Source: Oculina patagonica (lineage: Eukaryota). From it: a stretch of 64,000 nucleotides of DNA. The notes under the pieces were generated by a model that had not been told where the DNA came from, made no database searches, and worked only from the letters and a program-made list of their open reading frames with translations. A program made the position numbers and the translations under genes. Below, piece after piece: positions 35,291-47,846 of this stretch. Where the stretch lies: the NCBI RefSeq assembly GCF_052425735.1, contig NC_135758.1:6820001-6884000 (forward strand). Reading direction: 5' to 3'. Within the stretch, counting starts at the first letter, position 1. The number at the start of each line of letters is the position of its first letter.

Positions 35291-37682
35291 TCGATGAAAG
35301 GCTATAAAGTGCACGCATTTGTTTGTGAGCAAAATTGATTGCTAACATTGTTGCGAATCTTCTGAGAATACAATCATTTCTCAGGCCCCTACTTCTGTAT
35401 TAGTGTCTCTAGTTTATTTTGAACAAGAAGGGAGTCTGAAAAGTAGAGAAAAAATTTTTTTTCCGTGACGTGCCAACTTATAAAACGCTCTACAACGCTT
35501 AAGGAAAACCATCAACCAATGTCCTTTGCAGTTTTCTGTTTTTATCACACGAAAATATATCTCCCAAATGACTGGACAAAAATGAAACTATTTTCAAATT
35601 TAAGGGCCACTGGCGATGCACGTAATTTGATAAAAATTGTGAAAAAATGGAGAACTCTTGCTGTATATGGAAATTCTTGCTTTTTTATTTACTGTCCGGT
35701 ACATGCCCACCATTTAATGTGAATTGACTTTTTTAGTGGATGTAAAGGATAAACTGCATGTACACAGGCGACGCTTTCATAACCAAACTTTAAAATTTTA
35801 TTTTGCCAGGCACGACTATGATAAGACCCTCCTTATCACAAAGTACACATTGTTAGAGGCTTACTGAGATTGAAATTACAAATCGTTTAAGTTTGCCAAT
35901 TAAAAAATGGAAATTTAAAAAAGGTGGTTTCACAACAAATTTCTTCTGTAGTTAGTTTTCTGCTTAATGAGAAAACAAAAGTATTTAGTCATAGTACGTT
36001 TGTTTGTTGATTTAATTACACTTCTGCACAGAGGTTACAAACAGAATGAACGAGCGGTAACAGTAACTCTGTTGAACATTCTTTTTCAACTGAGTACAAA
36101 TTTACCCCGAGAAAAACGATTATTTTAACAAAAAGAAACGAGATAGCTTCAACATTGGCTTCACAATTTTTCAATAGATAAAAAGGAAACAGTATTTTTT
36201 CCGGTGATTAATCAACGTAATCATCAAACACTGTAGTTACTAGTTACTAATTGAACTATGTATTTCAAACACGAAAAAAAGGTTTTGAATAAAAATAAAT
36301 TGCAATCTTGTTTTTTAGTCAAGGATAACTTACTGAACGCTTCACGTGTTTTGATTCCCCTATTTTCCGTCTTTTACATTTTGTTAAATAGTTGTAGTAA
36401 ATTAAGAAACCTTCAGCAATTAGAGTTTCCATTTTAAGGATGCATGAGTGAAAGTTTTCTCTGACTTTTTTTCTGCTGTCATTTTTGTAAAAATAATGAA
36501 AGTAAATTTCTACCCTAATACAAATTATGACACATTTAATAAACTCCAATTTTTTGCACGATAGTGCTCTATTTAAAGAGAAACTATTAATTTACCTATA
36601 TTTTCTACGGTCCCCGGTAATTTAAGTATATGCCAGTCTTCACTAATAGTATTTGAAAATACATCCGGCAAAATGAAAAGAGTCTTTGAAGTTGTGGAAA
36701 GTTAGTCAGATTCTTGCAATGCAATTGTCTCTACTAATAAAACTATAAAACTAGGACATTTAGTTATTATCAATTATTCCATATCCCATCATTAGCTACC
36801 CAGTGCAACTAACTACAAAATTTCGCTTTTTTGACGAAAAAGGGACATATGATGGAATCACATTCATTGTTGAACAAATTATTCTATTGTTACGAAAAAA
36901 ATAGGTATCTTGATAATTTCAATAATTACTTAGAAAGTACAAAACACCTTTAAGTTATCCGGTGAGAAACGACGTAAACGAAAAGCACCCTTCGTTCTCA
37001 GTTTTGTTTTTTCCATATATAATTCATTAAGTTAAAATTCTACCATGCAAAGGATAGCTATTCATGTGCCCATTATTCAAAAGAAGGAAGTCATTAATTT
37101 AGAAACATTCTACAAGTTGAGCAACCTATCCGGCATGGCTAACGTAGTCTCGACATATTTACTTCTTTAGAAACCTGGCAAAATTTTCTTACTTAAAAAA
37201 CAACTTACATTTGTTGTCAATTAACTACGCTGTCATCGCTTCTTCCGACGCTAAAATGTATGACTAATTTTCATTTGTCTTATATCAACAGTACAATGTT
37301 TATCGCCCCCACGGTCAAAGTTCCTAAATGCAGTAAAACTGGTTTGTGTTTTAAACACTTATTTTGATTCATAGATTACTTTTTAAGTCAGCAAGGCGTC
37401 AGTTTTTCTTCTTCAAACTTGACTTAAGGTGGTTTACGATGTAAGTGCTGTTGAACGTATATGGTCTATCAGAGCATCTCAGTTCCTTTTTTTCAGTATT
37501 TAAAGTGGCTTACTTCCGACCGTTCTTAACTATACGTGCCTATAAGAAAAAAACCTTGGGAAGAGAACAGAAGTTGTCGTTGGCGTTATTGCTGCCACCC
37601 GCAGCTGTTGAAAGCTGCACGCGTCCTAGAAGCTATAGAACCCAGAAGTGACACACAACGTTTACGGGGGAATAACAGCAAA

Positions 37683-39032
37683 ATGTCGCGAATGGCTTGC
37701 TTAGAGCAGTCATCCCAGGTGATGGACAAATCTGTTGACAACTCGTCCAGCAACAATCAGACTGAAGAAGGAACAACAGGTTTGAGCGAAGCTGAGCGTA
37801 ACTTTAAGATTGTGTTCTACTGCTGTCTTTTCATTCTTGGTTCCTTGGGAAACCTCATGGTAATTGTAGTTGTAAAAGGAAAACGTAAACGAACTATAAA
37901 TGATTATTTCATTTCAAACTTGGCGGTCTCGGACTTAACGTTTTTGTGGTTTTCTATTCCTTTCTACACATATGAGCTTTTCCAGACATTCTACAAGAAC
38001 GTATTTTACTGCAAAATTATCTGGCCTATGATGTCAGTTACTCTTTCTGTCAGTGTTTTCACTTTAACGTCTATGGCAATTGAACGTTGTCGAGGAATCA
38101 TAAATCCCTTACAACCGCGAATCAAGTTGAAAGCCACCTTGGTTTGGATTCTACTTATATGGATCTGCGCTTTCGTCACGATGATTCCGCTGATGGTCGT
38201 AGCGCAGCCAGATAACGTGTTATGCTATGAAAAATGGCCGAAGGCTCAATACCGTCAAGCCTACACCGCAGTGTTATTCGCACTGCAATATGGCAGCCCT
38301 TTGCTTGTCATCGCCATAGCCTATTTAAGAATCGCTATTTGTCTCGTTACATCTCGGCTACCAATGCTTACTTCACAGAACTCTCGCGGACAAGTTATCA
38401 GGCATAAGACAAGAAGTGAAAATATTCAGATCATAAGAACATTAGCTGTTATTGTGATTCTCTTTATGGGCTGTATGTTACCCAATCAAATTGCTTGGAT
38501 GCTGTTTGATTTTGGTGGCGATTCACACAAAGAGCTTTCCCGCGCATTTTGGACTGGCGCGGAAGCGCTAATATATCTTCACGCATGCGTGAACCCAATA
38601 GTATACGGATCTTTAACTCGACAGTTTCGTCGAGGATATCTTCTATATTTCCGGTACGTATTCTGCTGCAGAAAAACAAGCATAAACTACTCTACCGGTA
38701 CTTCGGAAAACCTTGCTAGTGCAAGAAAATCTCGATCAAAGCGAAGTGCAGTGGTACTTCATGGTTCCCTTAAGTTCAGGAGTTTAAGTGAAAAAAGTAG
38801 AATTACGCGCCTGGAAATGCAGTCTTCACCAGTTATGTCTACAAGTGGAGAGAGTAATCAGTTTGGAAGCCCTTCGCCTGGCACCTCCCCTATCCCGGGA
38901 TCGACAAGTGTAGAAATGCTGTTTAGAACATTCAAAAGACAAGAAACGAAAACACTTTTAAACTTGTCTTTTACTAACTCAGGTTTTGAAATCTCTGATG
39001 ATGAACAAAGTGTTCAAGACACAAAACTGTAG
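37683..39032 (+). CDS. Class A GPCR, neuropeptide receptor-like, 449 aa (cassette copy 2)
   Basis: ATG at 37683, same 1350-nt length as and colinear with 18285-19634; same motifs. Confidence 0.95.
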   Translation: MSRMACLEQSSQVMDKSVDNSSSNNQTEEGTTGLSEAERNFKIVFYCCLFILGSLGNLMVIVVVKGKRKRTINDYFISNLAVSDLTFLWFSIPFYTYELFQTFYKNVFYCKIIWPMMSVTLSVSVFTLTSMAIERCRGIINPLQPRIKLKATLVWILLIWICAFVTMIPLMVVAQPDNVLCYEKWPKAQYRQAYTAVLFALQYGSPLLVIAIAYLRIAICLVTSRLPMLTSQNSRGQVIRHKTRSENIQIIRTLAVIVILFMGCMLPNQIAWMLFDFGGDSHKELSRAFWTGAEALIYLHACVNPIVYGSLTRQFRRGYLLYFRYVFCCRKTSINYSTGTSENLASARKSRSKRSAVVLHGSLKFRSLSEKSRITRLEMQSSPVMSTSGESNQFGSPSPGTSPIPGSTSVEMLFRTFKRQETKTLLNLSFTNSGFEISDDEQSVQDTKL

Positions 39033-40345
39033 TTTACACATATAGCTCCAGGCTAGGCGAACTTTGACGAGGCAAAACTGTTATTTGTTACTTGTTGCCA
39101 ATCTTTTACGTAACCAGAGTCACATTAGGCCAGGGTCACAAAAGGTAGCATTCGCGTGCCTCTTCTTGGCCGTTAGTTGTAATTAAAGTGGTAGGGATCG
39201 AAGTCAGCCGTACTTTTGTTTATTTCAGTGCAAAATGAAAATGTCTCTAGTGTGAGTAATATGGCAAATTGACATGTTGATTGCAAATAAAAGATTATCG
39301 GTCACATTGCATCTTAGGTCTTGTGTTCCTATGTAGAAAGAAAATGAAATGAACGACGTTGTGAGGACCTTCAACTCGCAAGCTATTGAGGAGGAAAAAA
39401 TTAAACGAAAAAGCTAAAAATTTGCTAATTTATTTTTGTAATCATACAGAAAGTAATCGGAATTTGCTGGGAGTGGTCTCTCTCTTAGCGTTGCAACCTT
39501 CCATTCTGCTCGGAAGCTACAATGGAGGTAAAAAATATTTGGTGCACTTGCGATAAGGAGCATTGGGTAGGGAACGAGATACTCCTAGGAATGAGACCGT
39601 GGATTCTGTACGCTCCGAAGTCCCCAATTCCCCTCTCCCAAGCCGTCCCTCTCCCCCGGTCCCCAAGTTATGTTGAAAAACATATATGTCGAGATCTTGG
39701 TATGCGAGATGGTCAATTCTCAACATTGCTTGGGGGAGGGGGCTAGCAGTCATTTAATTAGCCCACAATAATCCATGTGTCTCAACATCATGACACCAAG
39801 GACTCTGCAATCGAAAACGCTTAAACACAGAACCAAATTTGGGAGATTTTTTGTGTAGCTCAACAACACAAAATAGAATCAAGACCAAGAAAAGAGACAC
39901 GAAACAATAAAAAAGAAGCAGGTATTACAGTTGATTCAGTTTAATAGCCTGACGCTTAAATGCCACAATCACATAAAAAACTTAATTGAAATGCTGGCTG
40001 GCACTACGGCAAGGGCACTTTGAATGAACCATATCCCAATGTTCAATCATGAGCAATCACGTCCTAACGTTTTTTATATTGTCCATATTTTTCTCTCTTC
40101 AGCTAGGCTGGATAAAGGAGAAGGGTCAAGTACTGGGCTTAGAAGCTAAGCCTTGTGACAGATTATGATTATATCTCAAGACATTCCTTATTAGTTGATA
40201 ATAATACATCAGTGATCTGCAAAATTTTGTGTTTAAAAATATGCAACTACGAGCGTTTGATTGTTATTTGCGCTAATCATTTCTCATAAAATTGCAAGTT
40301 TGGATTCTTGACCTCCATTAAATAAATGAGTTCTGTCCACTTAGT

Positions 40346-43300
40346 TCACTTGCTTTCCTCTTCACTACTAGTAGGAGCAGGAGTGGGAGGTTCAATGCCG
40401 AGGATGCCACGCCAGTACTCGGTCACAAACACTTGGTCAGGATCCATCTCTTGCCGCAACTTCAACCAATCATTCATCTTGGGGTACACGCCCTTTAGAT
40501 AATCTGGGTTGAACTTTGTGTTCCCACATTGCTGATCCGGCAGGGGAAGGTATTTACCCCAGTGCAGGCGGGTTCCAGGGATATCCAGCAACACATCCCA
40601 GAAGTACGAGAAGAACACCCTGGGGTCACCCTTGTTGTAAGCCCACCAGTAGGGATCAACTCGCACCATATCCTGTTCATATGACATGCTCAACCAGAAT
40701 GGAGACTTCTTGGCGCCATAGATCTCAGTAGCAAAGTTGTTGGCGGCCTTCTGATTCTTGAAAAGCTCCTGGAGTTTGTCCATGACGGTTTGACATTGGC
40801 TGAGTGGGATCCAAATCTCAGTGAAATCTACCTTGATGATAGAGTCGGTGTGAGCCTCGTTGTCCATGGGAAGAGTCTCGTACCATACGTCGCGGAAGAT
40901 GACTGGTTTCTTTTTGAGGGGCACAAATGGACGCAAAATGCCGCCGATGATGTCGTAGTCAATCTCTGTTGGTTCTGGCTTTTGTAGAAGAAAATTGCAG
41001 ATAGCCAGTGCGATGGCTGCCATACCGGCCGCAAAGATGTTTGATAGGATGGAGTTGTAAGGCACTACCTTTCCAACAGCAACAGACTGCTTTCCAACCC
41101 ACTCCTGAACACGCATGACTTCCTTCTGCGGGAACCAGTTAACACGAATGTACTCGTGCTTCTCAAGACTTTCCTTCAGTTTGCTTTCTCCTTTCTGGTT
41201 GGGTCCAAGCATAGAATCGGCGAACGTGTGATCTGATTCGGAGCCTTCAACAAACTTCATTTCAGGAAGGCGGAACGTCACGCGGGTTATGACGCCAAAC
41301 AGACCCATAGAAACACCAACTGCACACCAGAGGTCTGTTCCAGGCTTCGCCGTCTGAAGACGACCATTACCATCCACGAACTCGATCTCCTGGATTACGT
41401 CACCAAAGCTGTGCTGCAAGCTTCCCCCGGCGGAACCTGTGGAGATAAAGCCGCCAATGGACTGCTGGATGATACCTCCTAGCTCGGGAAAGCCGAATCC
41501 ATTGACAGCAACCTGATAACAAGCGGAGTCCTGTATGTCAGATGTTGGATCCAGCGGATTCTTACCCAGGTAGCAACCTGCGCCGATGCGACAGTACAGG
41601 AATTTCTTTCCACGCCAGCCAGTCTTTTCTGTCTTCAGTATTTCTACTTTGCGTAGATCCTTTGTTAACAGCAGAGTAACGCCATCATTGGGAAATATGG
41701 CATCTTTTACAGAGTGCTCCGATCCAGCGACACGAATGACTTTCTTTTCCTTTTTGGCTTTGAGAATGGCTTCTGTGACTTCTTCCACGGTCGAAACCGG
41801 CGTAAGGACGCGTTCTGCTGGCAAAACTGGGGGTCCATGAGCCTCTTTCTTTTTCATCTCATCTTTTATCAGATGAACCATAAGCGACTCCAATAGTTTA
41901 GCATCAGATGCCTCGTCAATAAAAGGAGAGATTACTCTGTCAAAGAATGCTTTGGCTTCGGTCTCTCTTCCTGCCTGCGAAACTTCCTTTGGAGCTAAAC
42001 AAAAATTATAAAAAAATAATGAGACAAGACGCAATGTTCTTCGCTTCTCAATTCTTTATAGGAAAAAGCACGGCCTTCGTCTAAGACGAGGTCTTAGCTT
42101 AGTAGATATGCAACAGTATTTATGGTAGATCATTTGGGAAAGTTTTAACCCTATTCAGACCGGGGCGGGGGGGGGGGGGGGGCTATTGAGGCCCGCGCTG
42201 ACTTTGAACTCTTATCTGACTGTTTTAAGATTTAACCAAACGCTGTCAAACTGTCTGAGTTTTCCTAAAATTTATCTAGCAATAATTTGGTAGGGTTGGA
42301 TGATGTGTCGGGAACTTGACATCGCCATGGCAACCACATTTTGGCAGGCATTTTTTTCCCAAATTTGTAATTTTGCGTGTTTCTTTTAATAAAAGTTAAC
42401 TGAAATGGAACTATTTTTACATTTTTACGGGTTTAAAGCACATTTTTACTGATTTTGAATACTTTGCAGTCATTTTGGGTTGTTTTTTTGGCATTTTGGA
42501 AAAATTTTGAAATCCAGGATGGCGGCTGTTTTGACATCATGATGTAATTGCCACGTGATGTGACGTCACCATCCCACGTGACGTATACCAAAAGAAAGAT
42601 GTTCAAACATACAATGCATCCTATAAGTTTTCCTATAAGTTTTATTGTGATTGCTCCCCCCCGGTCAGACAAGCCCGGTCTGAATAGGGTTAACTGAGAG
42701 AGGTTTACTAATGAAAAACATGTTATCCACAAACCCACAGAATCACAGTTACTTAAGGGGCAGCATACGTTCGCAACCATCCCTGTGTCTCATTTAAACA
42801 AAACAAAAACATCGACAAGCAAATTTATCTCAGCAATGCGAAACCAGTGCTTTAGAAAATGAATTGATAGGTGAGTGTTTCCATGTGAGCCTTTCGTGAA
42901 TTTCGCAAATTCATTCGACGCATGGAATCTAATTAGAAAAGACTGTTTTTTTTAAATTAAATTTTCAAAGTTTTAGTGGAAGCAAAAAATTAATACACAA
43001 ACACATTTCAAACAAACAGGAAATTTTCGTCAAACAAACATTTCTTCAAGAAGGCAAGACATCGTTTATCCCTTAGGGAGGCTTGATGTAGTTTTTTTAG
43101 CCGAAGGGTGGTTGTTTTGAAAATTAAAATTATCTAGGAAGCCAATGTTCGATTTTTGGCAAAATACACCATAATGATCAAATATGACCAAATTTTAATT
43201 TTTGACCCGTCACTTAGTCACAAAGGTTACCATAGCAACGATTGACGATTTCTTTTGTTCTCAAACAAGCTTGATTTTCTCGAAATCTAGATTGACACTT

Positions 43301-45874
43301 GGTGTTTATTTTTTGATATGTTAAAGTTTAGTAGATTGACTAACTGTTGACGAAATTTTGGAAAAATCTGTAAGAGCGTTTTCAAGTAAATCACGAATGA
43401 AATTTTCAGAAAAACACCATTTTAATATAAAATAGGCGCTTTAAAATTGTTTCGTATTATTTGAGCACAGTTACTCTCATTGAAATATAAATACTTACAC
43501 CACCAAAGACCATTAACTAAGCGAAAGACTGCTTGCTTTAATTTGTTAAAATATATCGACTGCCGATTGTAGGAAATTATAAGAGAATACCAAAAACTTC
43601 ATTCTTGATTTACTCTAAAACGCTCTTACAAATTTTCCTTAAAATTTTGTGCACAGGTGGTCAATCTACTATACTTGAACATATCAAAAAATGAACACCA
43701 AGAGTCAATCTAGATTTCGAGAAAATCAAGCTTGTTTGAGAACAAAAGAAAACGTCAATGGTTGCTATGGTAACCTTTGTGACACAGTGACGGATAAAAA
43801 ATTAAAATTTGGTCGTATTTGATCATTATGGTGTATTTTGGCAGAAAACTAACATTGGCTTCCCAGATAATTCTAATTTTCAAAACAACCACCCTTCGGC
43901 TAAAAAAAAAACTACATCGAGCCTCCTTAAAAGCTCGAACAAGGGAACGTCTTCTTACTTAAACCCTTAGCCAAAGTTCATTTGATAATTTTTAGAACGA
44001 CTCTAAACAAATAATACCGCGGTTTTCAGGCCACTCCAAATCTTGAAAAGATTCAAATAAAACGCATCTTATTACTCGTCTGTCAAACCGGAAAAACTTT
44101 CAGTAAAACATTAAATAACAGCCACTCAAGTGTTGCACGTGAGAAGACAAATTCTGCAGAAGGCGTTTTAGTCAGAGTAAAATTGAATTCGTTGAATTAA
44201 TTTACAAGTAAATGTCTGCTTTTGGATGTCATATGTTTTGTTATTCAAATTTGTCAAATACAGTTTCATTTTAAGAGCCAATATATCCCTAGTAGCTATA
44301 TTTAATGATAAAATTATAAACGATATGGCAACGCAATTTCCATATACTTTTACATAATAATTTGATTTTGATCACCTCGTTTAAAAAGTATCCGGCCTCA
44401 AGAGTCCTCATGGGCTCGATGAGGATGAGTGAGTGAGTGAGTGTTTAAAAAGTATGACATGTGTTCTGTAACATATCATCATTTTCTCTACGGTTTTGTA
44501 CTGGAGATAAGCCCAAATTTTAGATATCTGGCACCTGTGATTCTTGTTCGCTTTGATATCCGCTTAATAAATAAGCTATCAGTTGTCAGCTATATTTGAA
44601 GGACAGCGTGTTTATTTATTAGAACTAAGACAGCATGCTACTAGTGATCAGCATATTACACAAGCCACAAGCCAGATCACATAAGCCTTTAGAACGTTTA
44701 GGGAATCGAAAATAATAATGTGCAAATTAGCGTTTGGACTATTTAAAACTGTTAATATTATCTTGTTGATTAAAACCCTTATAAATTAATCCCGATTTGA
44801 GTAAGTGTAGTCATAACAGTTCTCGAATAGTACAATATCTTCTGTCTGGAGAATGCAGAAGCTATTTGATATAATAACAAACAGATCGTGCTTGCACGCA
44901 AAGTTGTTTTGCTCATCAAGAAAGACGAGGAACATTTTCAAACAAGAGAGTATTGTTGCAAATGATCAAAGTAATCACACACTCTGTTTTAAAGCCATCC
45001 AAATTACATAAAGGAGTCCCTCCTCTTTTAAATAGCATGCAAAACGGTTTCCACCTTGTAGGCAACTGTTGAAATACTGCTTTCATAATTTTCTAAGTCG
45101 TTCAATTTGCAACAGTCCCCCGGGGGGGGGGGGACTCCCATATTAAAGGGACGGGGATGCTCGTCGGAAATTTTGAAAAGAACCCCTAAAAGAGACCAAT
45201 CTGGGCGTGGCTCAAGCTATTTTGGACCCCTAAAAGATACCAAAATTCTTAAAAGAGGATTTATATTTGTAAATTTCTTCGTGTGTAACCCTAAACAAGA
45301 CCATTGTGCCTAAAAATATTGGCGTTTTGCCTGGAACACCCAAAGCGAGACCAAAAATCCGAAATTTACACCCCTAAGCGAGACGACGAGCATCCCCGTC
45401 ACTTTCAAAAGCGAGTCCCCCCCCCCCCCCCCGGGAACAGTCCAAAGCTCCTCTAAATTGCAGACAAAACGGTTTTCTGCCCCAGGGTATATATTTCAAA
45501 GTATCGCTGAGGTCATAAAAGCGAAACATGCCCTTGATGCTAGCTCCGTTATGACAAACATTCATGACAGTCTGCACCGATTAGTTCAAAAGCGCGTTTT
45601 AAATCTCCTTCGTGTACTGTTTCAGGTAGAGTCGACAAAGGTGTTTGCCGCGAGGTCTTCATTCCTTGACTCAAACCTGACTCAAACCTGAGTTTTCGAT
45701 TTCTGATGTTTCGAGTGCAATTGATTTCTGATGTTTCGAGTGCAATTGATGGTGTACACTAATTAATAAGCATTTGAATGGCTGGATTTAAACGCTGACT
45801 GTTACACTGAAACAATAACAAAACTCCGAGATATGTGTGTGAATGCAAAGAGGCTTACCTGCTTCTTCGGCCAT
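40346..45874 (-). CDS. FAD-linked oxidase, FAD_binding_4 + ALO-type, copy 2; exons 45874-45859 and 41994-40346; 554 aa
   Basis: Same motifs; exon 1 ATGGCCGAAGAAGCAG|gtaagc and acceptor ttttgtttag at 41995-41996 are conserved with copy 1. Confidence 0.9.
42149..42689. mobile_element. piggyBac-like MITE in oxidase copy 2 intron
   Basis: TTAA|ccctattcagaccggg ... cccggtctgaataggg|TTAA. Confidence 0.9.
43077..43926. mobile_element. 850-bp foldback element with ~330-bp TIRs, TTAA-type target (Kolobok- or Sola3-like)
   Basis: ttag|ggaggcttgatgtag ... ctacatcgagcctcc|ttaa; arms ~43077-43405 and ~43595-43926 are reverse complements. Confidence 0.85.
44392..44442 (+). mobile_element. 51-bp 3' stub of a LINE (RTE-like) with (TGAG)n tail
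   Basis: 13-bp TSD gtttaaaaagtat at 44379-44391 and 44443-44455; absent from copy 1 (~23742-23755). Confidence 0.75.
44700..45665 (-). pseudogene. Possible degenerate ankyrin-repeat gene inside oxidase intron 1
   Basis: Fragments LPETVHEGDLKRAFELIGAD.., and in the paralogous copy LIGAD*NVCHNKASEKGMNKNIV, resemble ankyrin consensus; many stops and frameshifts. Confidence 0.3.
45119..45435. mobile_element. hAT-like cccggg MITE, 8-bp TSD
   Basis: TSD aacagtcc at 45111-45118 and 45436-45443; absent from the other two copies of this intron segment. Confidence 0.9.
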
Positions 45875-47846
45875 TTTTTGTTGGATGCACGTTTCTTGCT
45901 AATTGAAATTCAAACCGAAGACGACTTTTACAAACACGCAGTTATACTAAGTGCCGCTGGCGGTAAAGTAATCGATCAGACACTCCCTAGCATTTTATAG
46001 CCTCTGGATGATTGGTGGGGCTGACGATAAACCTGTTTTTCCAGTATTTTCAGCTACAGCTACTTTGCATGATCGACTAACCGAGGAGGAGATGATTAAT
46101 TAGGACAGAAAAGCGAAGCAATTGGTCATAACAGTTGACAGGGTTATCAGGTCGAGGGCTCTTGGAGTAATACGAAAGTTTGCAATCAACCACATAATTT
46201 CCATGCTCGGTGATCAAAAGCAGACGTCAATATTATTCGGAACGAACTCGGATGTTTACGTTTGGACAACAAATGTTGGAGGTGTATGTTTTAAGAAGTA
46301 CAACATTTGCAAAGATTGTACAATAAGGCAATTATACTGCTAAGTGTTTCTGTATGGTCACATCACCCAGCTGTGTTTACCCCCAGGCATTGTACTCTTG
46401 AAAATGAAATTACCCGACGGCAAAGGAAACGTTTAGCAACGCACGTAAATAGAGGGTAAATAGCGCTGAGAAGCCGTGAGATTCTTCGAGCCTCAGCGCG
46501 TATTATCGAGTTTTCGTCTAAAACGTTAATATGCAAATGCTTAACCAGAGCTTTCCATCTCATTTAGCTGGAAAAAAAAAGGTTTCAAACAGAATCTCGA
46601 AACAGAAAAACATTCACATCTGGTTACCATCGGTTGTTTGAGCCCCGCCGAACATACGAATATTACTTATTGCTCAAATACACTTGATAGGTCTTGATAC
46701 TTACTTGATCCATGTTATTTTGAATTCTCGTGATTCCATATGGGTGACCCCAAATTCAATTCAGTGCTAAATGGTTACAAATCGTGCCTAGACTCATGAA
46801 TCATTCCCCGCTCTTAAAAGTGAATGCAAATTTGTTTATATGCTTGGGAAACATTCCATTGTTTCAATTTGGAACGACTCTATCAGTAGCTTTTACCAAT
46901 TGATCTTGCTTAGCAGATATCAGTAAACCAACCTAATCGAAACATTAACCTCTTTGTAACAGAACTGAAACAATTGCAGAACCTCAGTAAGAGTTGAAAT
47001 ATTGATACACATCTGGAATATCTTCAGGGCACCACAAAACGCCTTTATCTGTTATACGTTGATTGGTTAACAGGCGATGGTATATGAGTTCATATAAACC
47101 ATGGACCACAAATATAGTGGGTGTACGCGTCAACGAGAACAGCTGGGGAGCTCAAATATTGCAATTCTTTAGGTGTTCATAAAACAATTATTCCACTCGC
47201 GCTTGTTGGATATAAGATAGTTATACCCATTTCGGCGCTACGCGCCTTGTTGACTATCTACCATAATTGTCAAATATGACCCCAGTCAGTTTGGTCATGA
47301 AAGTATTAAGGGCCCGCGCGCTTCAAGTTTCCTTCTCCCCAATCTCCCTACGCTTTATTGAAAGCGCAACCTCGTACCCAGGGCCATCTCCGCTTCGCAC
47401 GAAGGAAACACTGCGTGGGACAGAGCTGATAAAAAGGCACACTGAGGTGTAGTGTCCTGTAATTTTTCATGTACTTTTTCCAAAACTTGAGGAAGTGTTT
47501 CATCAGGGCATCCAAATATTGAGAAAGAAACGAAAGGGGAGGGCGTAGGCAACAACAACGTCCTTCGAGATATTTGGAAACCGAAAAATGTGGAAGATGA
47601 GAAAAAAAGTGTAGATAATGCTGTGCCGAAATCAACAGCTTATAAAACCAAATTGTCGTGTAAATTGTTCGAGAATCGGAAACTGAATCGATTAGTGATC
47701 AAGTGCTGTACTTTGAACTGATTTTTGTCAGAAAATCAAAGCCGAGAAGTTAATGTTTTATACTGACCCGATGACAAAGGACGGTTAATAAAGTTTTGTG
47801 GGCAGCGGTGGAGCAATTTATTCAGACCCACTGTTCATTTAGAATT

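Larger units (their letters stand above)
35341..46230. repeat. Tandem segmental duplication, copy 2
   Basis: Colinear with 15005-26985 in the same orientation. Confidence 0.92.

Noticed and set aside
37536-37682. 49-aa N-terminal extension of GPCR copy 2 (and 25 aa in copy 1)
   Set aside because: Starts at non-ATG codons and is not conserved between copies; the shared first ATG is at 37683/18285.
41995-42034. Hydrophobic signal peptide MRLVSLFFYNFCLA on oxidase copy 2
   Set aside because: It is the translated polypyrimidine tract and acceptor of intron 1 and starts at TTG.
15005-46230. Duplication as a pure haplotype-assembly artefact
   Set aside because: Judged unlikely because the spacers are heavily diverged and each copy has several private, partly decayed TE insertions; not fully excluded without read depth.
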